From a virus: a stretch of 64,000 bases of DNA. Every line of letters starts with the position of its first letter. The stretch's first letter is position 1. The notes beneath the pieces were generated by a model. That model ran no database searches. It was not told the DNA's origin and was given only the letters and a program-made list of their open reading frames with translations. Positions 58,001 through 64,000 of this stretch are shown here, piece by piece. The DNA is taken from positions 3,910 through 67,909 of the IMG/VR virus record IMGVR_UViG_3300023184_004234, one strand, 5' to 3'. The position numbers were made by a program, and so were the translations under genes.

Positions 58001-59365
58001 GAAGATATCAATGTAAAAGTTGATAAAGGTGATGTGGTTTTAACTGGTAAATTTAAAAATAAAAAAACAGTTGTAAAAGATATTAGTAAAGACCAACACG
58101 GAATGCCAACAATCAATGGTAGACAAGCAACCACATTCAGAAAAGTAGAAGAAGGTATTATAAACGAAGGTGGTGCGTATGGGCATATGAATCATCCATT
58201 TGATGTTAGAATGAATTTATCATTTGGTGATTTAAAAGCAATTGTAAATAATGCATTAGATGGTAATTTAGGTGTGGTTAGAGAAAAAACCGATGGACAA
58301 GCATTAGCTATAAGTTGGAAGAATGGTAGATTGATATCGGCAAGAAATAAAGGACACTTAGCAAACGCCGGAGCAAATGCAATGGATATTAATGGTGTAG
58401 CAACTAAGTTCGGTGGTAGAGGTGGACTAACCGATGCATATAATTTTGCAATGAAAGATTTGGAAAATGCAATTAGAGGATTATCACAGGCACAAAAAGA
58501 TAAAATATTTAAAGAAGGTAAAGTATTTGTAAACTTAGAAGTAATATGGCCCACATCAGTTAACGTTATTCCTTACAATCAAGCACTTTTAGTTTTTCAT
58601 AATGCAGTTGAATATAATGAAGCAGGAAATCCAATCGGTAAAGTAGATGGAGCAGAGAGTGTATTAGGTGGAATGTTAAAACAAATCAATGCACATGTTC
58701 AATCTAAATACACAATACAAGGACCTCCGATTGTAAAATTACCTAAAACAAAAGAATTAAGTTCTCAAAAAGGTAAGTTCAAAGGAATGATTTCAAAACT
58801 ACAATCTGAATTTGGATTAACAGATAAAGATGGTGTAGCAGATTATCATCAAGCGTGGTGGGAAAACTTTATAGTTAATTCAAAAAAGAAAATATCAGCA
58901 TTAGAAAAGGCAGGTTTAGTTAAGAGATGGGCGTTTGATGATAAAAGTATGAGAGTAGGTGATATCAAAGATGATAAAGCAAGAGCATGGGCAGACGGAA
59001 TAGATAAAGGACCTAAAACTACTATTATGAGTGGCAATCTTAGAAAGTTTGAAGATATTTTCTTAGGAGTTGGTGCGGAGGTATTATCATTTATGAGTTC
59101 AGTATTAACTGCACAACCAGATAAAGCATTACAATCAATGAGAGCTGAATTAGAATCTAGTGCTAATCAAATTATGAATGGTGGAACTATAACTCAAATA
59201 AAAAAATTAGAAAAAGAATTGAGTAGATTAAATGCAATTGGTGGGTTTGAAAAAATTGTACCGAGTGAAGGAATCGTATTTAGTTACAAAGGAAACGCTT
59301 ATAAATTAACGGGAGCATTCGCACCTTTGAACCAAATTTTAGGAATTTTTAAGTTTAGCCGATAA
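55016..59365 (+). CDS. Multidomain protein: HxGH nucleotidyltransferase + DUF5661-like + ParB/Srx-like + Gly-rich hydrophobic segment + C-terminal ligase-like nucleotidyltransferase
   Basis: GGRFQPFHKGH; GIKIELEHT...EIAKDHL; LKATQ...VIDGHHRWAA; GVALGGGLGHGVG; EGGAYGHMNHPFD...EKTDG...EGIVF...YKLTG. Confidence 0.7.
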   Translation: MELANFIVEAVLKQAVTDKIVVYGGRFQPFHKGHKKVYDALVSKFGSKNVYIATSDVQDGDKSPLSFNDKKEIATKLFGIPSSKFVKVKQPYQPVEILRGYDDTTTALIVAVGEKDDSRLGGNYFKPYTNDKNLKGYAVNAYVYSALPSNSFGATDVRNMFRNNRMGGERKQKEFEKFFGKFDKAIYTKLITKLNEGVDTDNNIPGGKADDLTLVDIAKKWAGDYYDYKNVLDTVKQELKRGIKIELEHTSDIKIAAEIAKDHLAEKLTYYRDLHNIEKGMYQPHNPIKEASAAGSGYDEKTLDQLVDNPDTGEKVKVRSALNYDKNHPSYRAAMALVGKSGAQSQPPANRNAGGPMTGANNKVGAKPTPGANNQNGTNSTNKTQKPLDKPLTNPAQAQEKPQQPQPQQKKPAPMNQTAPVDDKGNVAGTSIKVKPTLDEIPPKFKEEVNTKITGLAKHFDEDKKQATEKVLQRRGLKSKDEVKPEEMEDFKKEVDSKREPTYNLCDISVPGTNLYCNGNKGIPRKKMPQFKGKPQPGSQAEKDLEAEKKAGKAKPDAEEINGEKLYAKMLEDKGIKVTNTEVPAESLKATQTELVGDKVLGMEAGLEADPTNPNLTAPLYVSKDGYVIDGHHRWAAITSYNIKHPEAPIPLKVMIVDQDIDTAIQSANDFANEYGVATKSGQEAGPGSDTNKETPASGVQPTKGSTDAKSAGIGKVATKAVQNPKVLARTIKHNISKWSDKEKQFFRGNQHKANSPARRSIGEAISNKVKSIVPSVKKEMAHLGHTFQHAGEGISNLFQGKPISDKEKDAFKTLGKTIAMSAVGVALGGGLGHGVGMLMKHLGGHLAEHLVAEIAIGGIGKAAIFAGTELDGDNDKYVEWFTLYFAKEMKEGKIPLEVWDSAVQDYNRDKEDGKLDGDTNTVAEVITEMSTNDVHFKHIMKHYKTSKFAKRINMYLFGKPNIPNSSSNVARELRNMNYDEITQMEKELNITDMDEDINVKVDKGDVVLTGKFKNKKTVVKDISKDQHGMPTINGRQATTFRKVEEGIINEGGAYGHMNHPFDVRMNLSFGDLKAIVNNALDGNLGVVREKTDGQALAISWKNGRLISARNKGHLANAGANAMDINGVATKFGGRGGLTDAYNFAMKDLENAIRGLSQAQKDKIFKEGKVFVNLEVIWPTSVNVIPYNQALLVFHNAVEYNEAGNPIGKVDGAESVLGGMLKQINAHVQSKYTIQGPPIVKLPKTKELSSQKGKFKGMISKLQSEFGLTDKDGVADYHQAWWENFIVNSKKKISALEKAGLVKRWAFDDKSMRVGDIKDDKARAWADGIDKGPKTTIMSGNLRKFEDIFLGVGAEVLSFMSSVLTAQPDKALQSMRAELESSANQIMNGGTITQIKKLEKELSRLNAIGGFEKIVPSEGIVFSYKGNAYKLTGAFAPLNQILGIFKFSR

Positions 59366-59372
59366 AAATATA

Positions 59373-59380
59373 TACTTATA
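59373..59380 (+). promoter_or_regulatory. Putative late promoter variant (TACTTATA)
   Basis: Intergenic, one mismatch to TATTTATA, upstream of the operon that includes terminase. Confidence 0.45.
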
Positions 59381-59396
59381 TATAAAGTTACAATTT

Positions 59397-60059
59397 ATGT
59401 TAATTAAGAGCAAAGGTAATAAGGATAAGAAGACATGGATGCATCCAAGTAGAAAAAAGATTTTGGATGTGATGCATGGTAGAGAAAGTGGAAACGCAAT
59501 TGTTGGTTGGGATAAGGCAAAAGAAAAGAAAGAAGTTGGAGATAGATGGTTTGATGTGAATGGTAAAGAGTGGGAACAACATGAAGGATTTAAAATAGCG
59601 GTTACTCAATATGATGAAGCAAGAGCATATTTAGATACGTTAACTACTTGTAAATCCAAAGAATGTAAAACTGGAAATCCAAAGGGAGCTAATTTAAGAT
59701 TTATTAAACAAAGTGGATATTGTATTAATTGTTTAGTAGAAAGAGAGGCAAAACTTAGATTAGAAGGTATTTATAAGAACTATGAGTATTGGAAAATGAA
59801 CTCAAAGGCATTAGGAACAATTAAAGATGACTTAGCTAGATTTGAACAAGCTAGAAAAGATGCAGACACAGTTCCTACTATTGTAAACGAAGATGGTAGT
59901 ATTGAAAAGTGGAGTATCGATGGTGATATTGAAAAAGTAAAAAGAGATTTAGATTCAGATATAGCTGGTCTAAACGAATTAATAATAACATTCCAAGCCG
60001 CAGTAGATGAGGATTGGGAAATAATAAAGGAGAAATATAATGAAATTTTCAACGATTAA
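59397..60059 (+). CDS. Hypothetical protein with possible Zn-binding Cys motifs
   Basis: VGDRW...GKEWEQ..G, CKSKEC and YCINC, then a helical C-terminus. Confidence 0.6.
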   Translation: MLIKSKGNKDKKTWMHPSRKKILDVMHGRESGNAIVGWDKAKEKKEVGDRWFDVNGKEWEQHEGFKIAVTQYDEARAYLDTLTTCKSKECKTGNPKGANLRFIKQSGYCINCLVEREAKLRLEGIYKNYEYWKMNSKALGTIKDDLARFEQARKDADTVPTIVNEDGSIEKWSIDGDIEKVKRDLDSDIAGLNELIITFQAAVDEDWEIIKEKYNEIFND

Positions 60060-60675
60060 GAACATAGTATTGGTAGCTTTAATAGCTTTATTTTTCTATC
60101 AACTAAGAGGTGGTAAAATTAATATTGGTAAAACTATAATGGTTGCAGGAAAACCATACGAAGTTATTAAAGAAATACATGATACAATTGAAATCCCTAA
60201 AACAAAAGTGGTAACTAAAAAAGGTGAAGATATTTATCATGAAACAATTAAGGAAGTAGTTATTCCTGCAATAGTAGATACAAATTTAATTTTAAGAGAT
60301 TATTTTGCAAAAAATATTTACAATGATACATTACATTTACCAGATAATTTAGGATTTGTATTCTTAACCGATACAATTACTAAAAACAAAATTGAAGGTA
60401 GAAAGTTTGTTGCAAATGTTAAAGAAAAAGTAATTACAAATACTACAATTGTAAAAGAATTACCTAAAACTAAAATGTATTATGGTTTAGAAGGTGGATT
60501 TAATAAAGCAGATGTAGTATCTCATTTGGGATTTGGTGTTTTAATTAATACAAAAGCAGATAAAATATATCATTTGGGAATTGGTGTTGCAAATAGAACA
60601 ACAGATGGAACAAGTGGTAAATTAGCACCTTATATCGGTGGTGGTGTATATTGGAAGATTAGATTGAAAAAATAA
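60040..60675 (+). CDS. Membrane-anchored/exported protein (possibly lysis- or envelope-related)
   Basis: N-terminal hydrophobic helix (IVLVALIALFF) and C-terminal amphipathic beta-strands ending GGGVYWKI. Confidence 0.5.
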   Translation: MKFSTIKNIVLVALIALFFYQLRGGKINIGKTIMVAGKPYEVIKEIHDTIEIPKTKVVTKKGEDIYHETIKEVVIPAIVDTNLILRDYFAKNIYNDTLHLPDNLGFVFLTDTITKNKIEGRKFVANVKEKVITNTTIVKELPKTKMYYGLEGGFNKADVVSHLGFGVLINTKADKIYHLGIGVANRTTDGTSGKLAPYIGGGVYWKIRLKK

Positions 60676-62264
60676 TGAATACTCCACAAAAATCCCTAAA
60701 GGATGTAATTAAGGAACAATATCAAAAGTGTGCCGGGGACCCCGTATACTTTATGAAAAAATATTGTAAAATTCAACATCCAATTAGAGGAAAAATAGCA
60801 TTCGAATTATATCCATTCCAGGAAGATACTCTAACAGATTTTAAAGACCATAGATATAACATTGTTCTTAAATCACGTCAGTTAGGTATATCAACATTAG
60901 TAGCAGGTTATGCACTATGGAAAATGATATTCAATGAGGATTTCAACGTTCTTATTATTGCGAACAAACAAGATGTAGCAAAGAACTTAGTATTAAAAGT
61001 TAGAACGATGAACCAACTTTTACCTGTATGGTTAAGAGTTGCTGAATCGGAAGATAACAAACTTTCCCTTAGATTAAAAAATGGTTCACAAGTAAAAGCA
61101 GTATCTTCAAAACCTGACTCTGGTCGTTCTGAAGCCTTATCCTTATTGGTATTTGATGAAGCAGCCTTTATTGATTACATTGATGAAATATGGACTGGTA
61201 CTCAATTGACGTTGGCTACCGGTGGTGATTGTATTGCCTTATCTACTCCAAATGGTGTGGGTAATTGGTTTCATAGAATGTGGGTTGGTGCAGAAAATGG
61301 TGAGAATTTATTTAATCCTATTAAACTGCATTGGACGGTTCACCCTGATAGAGAACAAGATTGGAGAGATGAACAAACACAACAATTAGGTGATAAGCAA
61401 GCGGCACAAGAGTGTGATTGTGATTTCATTTCTTCGGGTGATAACGTAATTGATGGTGACCTTTTAATATGGTATAGTGAAAACAATGTATGTGACCCAA
61501 TTGAAAAGACTGGGTTTGATAGTAATATATGGTTATGGAAAAAACCAGATTACAATCGTTCATATGTGGTAACTGCCGATGTAAGTAGAGGTGATGGTAA
61601 CGATTATTCAGCATTCCATATAATTGATATTGAATCTATGGAGCAAGTTGCTGAGTATAAAGGTAAGATAGAACCAACGGATTTTGGTAATATGTTAATC
61701 AGTATAGCAACCGATTACAACGATGCATTACTAATTGTAGATAATGCAAATATCGGATGGGCAACAATACAACAAATATTAGATAGAGATTATAAGAATT
61801 TATTTTGGAGTAATAAAGATGTTCAATATGTAGATGTTAACACACAATGGACTAACAAATATTATAGAGAACAAAAACAAATGATTCCAGGTTTTACAAT
61901 TTCATCTAAGACAAGACCTATGATTGTATCTAAGATTGACCAATATATGAAAGATAAATCGGTTATAATACACTCTAAGAGAACCATAGATGAGTTATTT
62001 ACTTTTATATGGAACAATGGTAGAGCCGAGGCAGCCAGGGGGTACAATGATGACCTTACGATGGCATTGGGTATTGGATTATGGGTGAGAGATACGGCAT
62101 TAAGATTAAGAAACGAAAGAGGTTCATTAGCACAAAGTGCATTAAATGGATTTGTTAAAACTGAATATAGTCCAGTTTATACACAAAAAGATTTAAGGGA
62201 AGACCCATATAGAATGAATATTGGTAAAGATGATTTTGATGATTTAAGATGGCTTATTAAATAA
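60675..62264 (+). CDS. terL: Terminase large subunit, T4 gp17-like
   Basis: LYPFQ, Walker A KSRQLGIST, Walker B LLVFDEAAF, STPNG, and nuclease motifs ADVSRG and DDLTMA. Confidence 0.96.
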   Translation: MNTPQKSLKDVIKEQYQKCAGDPVYFMKKYCKIQHPIRGKIAFELYPFQEDTLTDFKDHRYNIVLKSRQLGISTLVAGYALWKMIFNEDFNVLIIANKQDVAKNLVLKVRTMNQLLPVWLRVAESEDNKLSLRLKNGSQVKAVSSKPDSGRSEALSLLVFDEAAFIDYIDEIWTGTQLTLATGGDCIALSTPNGVGNWFHRMWVGAENGENLFNPIKLHWTVHPDREQDWRDEQTQQLGDKQAAQECDCDFISSGDNVIDGDLLIWYSENNVCDPIEKTGFDSNIWLWKKPDYNRSYVVTADVSRGDGNDYSAFHIIDIESMEQVAEYKGKIEPTDFGNMLISIATDYNDALLIVDNANIGWATIQQILDRDYKNLFWSNKDVQYVDVNTQWTNKYYREQKQMIPGFTISSKTRPMIVSKIDQYMKDKSVIIHSKRTIDELFTFIWNNGRAEAARGYNDDLTMALGIGLWVRDTALRLRNERGSLAQSALNGFVKTEYSPVYTQKDLREDPYRMNIGKDDFDDLRWLIK

Positions 62265-62269
62265 TATAA

Positions 62270-62277
62270 TATTTATA
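62270..62277 (+). promoter_or_regulatory. Putative late promoter (TATTTATA)
   Basis: Intergenic motif upstream of 62301 and the portal gene. Confidence 0.55.
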
Positions 62278-62300
62278 TATTGTATAGAATGTAAAATATA

Positions 62301-62831
62301 ATGAAGAAAAGTTTTTTATATGAATTTTATGGTGTATCTTTGAGTAAGTCAAGTCACACTATGCCAGATGGTCAACAAATAGAATTAGGTAAAGTTTATT
62401 CTAATCCATTTGCTAGAGCATTTGGTAAAATAAAAGAAGATATCGATGATGATATAGATGAATATGATGTAGATGAGGATGATGTAGAAGAAATGGAAGA
62501 TTTTATTTCTTTCTTAAAAACAAAAATGAAAGAAAAGGATGCATACAATGAATCTTTAAATGAAGCAGAATATCAAGGTAGAACAGTTCAACTGGGTAAA
62601 CCAATGCAAGGTGATATTAAGAAGTTTAAAGTGTATGTAAAGAATCCAGCAGGTAAAGTTGTTAAAGTAAACTTTGGACATGGTGGAACATCGGCAGCGG
62701 CTAAGGGTGAAAAAACAATGAGAATAAGAAAATCTAACCCAAAAGCGAGAAAATCGTTTAGAGCTAGACATAATTGTGATACTCCAGGACCTAGAACAAA
62801 AGCAAGATACTGGTCTTGTAGAAAATGGTAA
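62301..62831 (+). CDS. Conserved phage protein (DUF6321-like basic C-terminal domain) with acidic leader
   Basis: An acidic DDDIDEYDVDEDD leader, then LNE, then AEYQGR...KKFKVYVKNP...VNFG...RKSFRARHNC...ARYWSCRKW. Confidence 0.65.
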   Translation: MKKSFLYEFYGVSLSKSSHTMPDGQQIELGKVYSNPFARAFGKIKEDIDDDIDEYDVDEDDVEEMEDFISFLKTKMKEKDAYNESLNEAEYQGRTVQLGKPMQGDIKKFKVYVKNPAGKVVKVNFGHGGTSAAAKGEKTMRIRKSNPKARKSFRARHNCDTPGPRTKARYWSCRKW

Positions 62832-62840
62832 TAAAATAAT

Positions 62841-64000
62841 ATGGCAGATACTTCATTTTACGGCAGGTTAAAAAAACTCTTTTCAACAGCGGTTATCGTA
62901 AGAAACCAAGGTGGAAAGCTAAAGGTAATTGATTACGATGAAACACAGGCAATAGCTACCAATCTTAGAGATAGGTATATGAGATTGCATTCATCGGCAA
63001 TGAACAATACATTTGAAAACTATTTAGCTTATCAACAAATAAGACAAGAGTTATTCAGAGATTATGATTCAATGGACCAGGATCCAATCATAACATCGGC
63101 ATTAGATATCTATGCAGACGAATCAACTAGTAGAAATGAATATGGTAGAATGGTTGAAATTAAAACTAATAACGACCATATTAAAGATATTTTAACTAAT
63201 TTATTCTATGATGTTGTAAATGTAGAATTTAATTTATGGCCTTGGGTTAGAAATATGGTTAAGTATGGTGATTTCTTTTTACACTTAGAGATTGCAGAAA
63301 ACTTAGGTATAGTGGGGGTTCAACCTTTATCGGCATATGAAATTACGAGAGTAGAAGGATTTGACCCAAACAATTGGCAGGCTGTAAAGTTTGTTCATAC
63401 TCCATTAGCAACTAAATCATTATTTGTAGCAGGTCAAAAAACTGAATACGAAAACTATGAAATTGCTCACTTTAGATTACTATCAGATACAAACTTTTTA
63501 CCTTACGGAAAATCAATATTAGAAGGTGCTAGAAGATTATGGAAACAATTATCATTGATGGAAGATGCAATGATTATCCATAGAATTGTAAGAGCTCCTC
63601 AAAAAAGAATATTCAAAATTGATGTAGGTGGTATTGCTCCAAACGAAGTAGACCAATATATTCAAAGAATTATAAACAAATCAAAGAAAACTCCATATGT
63701 GAATGCAGATACAGGTGAGTATAACTTAAAGTATAATGTTCAAAACTTAATGGAAGATTTCTATTTACCTGTTAGAGGTAATGATAGTGGTACTGAAATC
63801 ACAAACTTAGATGGTTTAGAGTATGCACCAATGGAAGATATCGATTACTTAAAGAATAAGATGTTTGCAGCATTAAAAATACCTAAACAACATTTGGGTT
63901 ATTTAGAAGATGGAAACTCTAAAGCTACATTAGCAGCAATGGATATGAGATTTGCAAAAACAATTGAAAGATTACAAAGAATTGTAGTTGATGGATTAGA
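62841..64000 (+). CDS. Portal protein, T4 gp20-like (3'-truncated by the window edge; absent from the ORF track)
   Basis: ATG at 62841. RDYDSMDQDPIITSALDIYADE, YGKSILEGARRLWKQLSLMEDAMIIHRIVRAPQKRIFKIDVG and EDFYLPVRG motifs. Follows terminase. Confidence 0.95.
   Translation, partial: MADTSFYGRLKKLFSTAVIVRNQGGKLKVIDYDETQAIATNLRDRYMRLHSSAMNNTFENYLAYQQIRQELFRDYDSMDQDPIITSALDIYADESTSRNEYGRMVEIKTNNDHIKDILTNLFYDVVNVEFNLWPWVRNMVKYGDFFLHLEIAENLGIVGVQPLSAYEITRVEGFDPNNWQAVKFVHTPLATKSLFVAGQKTEYENYEIAHFRLLSDTNFLPYGKSILEGARRLWKQLSLMEDAMIIHRIVRAPQKRIFKIDVGGIAPNEVDQYIQRIINKSKKTPYVNADTGEYNLKYNVQNLMEDFYLPVRGNDSGTEITNLDGLEYAPMEDIDYLKNKMFAALKIPKQHLGYLEDGNSKATLAAMDMRFAKTIERLQRIVVDGL

Noticed and set aside
980-62771. 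Numerous minus-strand and nested ORFs of 60-174 aa in the ORF track
   Set aside because: All lie opposite or inside well-supported + strand genes, have no recognisable motifs, and look like antisense shadows of AT-rich codon usage.
1-64000. CRISPR arrays, tRNAs, introns/inteins, stop-codon reassignment, integrase or IS elements
   Set aside because: None seen. Intergenic gaps are tiny, terminase, primase and portal are uninterrupted and of normal length, and TAA, TAG and TGA all act as stops.

Overview
This window is 64 kb of a large, very AT-rich, T4-superfamily-like (myovirus) dsDNA bacteriophage genome. All credible genes are on the + strand, densely packed, often with TAATG/ATGA stop-start overlaps and no Shine-Dalgarno sequences, in the standard genetic code. 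From left to right: a gp55-like late sigma factor and a NodU/CmcH carbamoyltransferase; a contractile-tail baseplate module (gp5/gpV-like spike, CHAP peptidase, gp25, gp6, DNRLRE-like protein, giant gpI/gp7-like protein, tail-collar-like proteins); a recombination/replication block (T7 endonuclease I-like resolvase, primase, fused SbcD-SbcC/gp47-gp46); a 1536-aa Ser/Thr-rich tail fibre with its chaperone; a ~22.7-kb glycan biosynthesis/modification island; a 1449-aa multidomain probable head polyprotein; terminase large subunit; and the start of the portal gene. The island holds three GT7 galactosyltransferase-like enzymes that each carry a LamG domain inserted inside the catalytic domain, GT10-like paralogs, two radical SAM enzymes, a split TPP-dependent E1alpha/E1beta pair, RmlC, NDP-sugar epimerases/reductases, SGNH proteins, a methyltransferase and a 2OG-Fe(II) oxygenase. 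Bacteroidota-type TTTG-N20-TAnnTTT(G/A) promoters suggest a Bacteroidota host. A TATTTATA motif (reverse complement of the T4 late promoter) marks putative late promoters, and GATC appears strongly avoided. The most promising undescribed system is a phage-encoded virion (tail fibre) glycosylation pathway that may make an unusual branched sugar. All calls come from motif recognition by eye, with no database searches.
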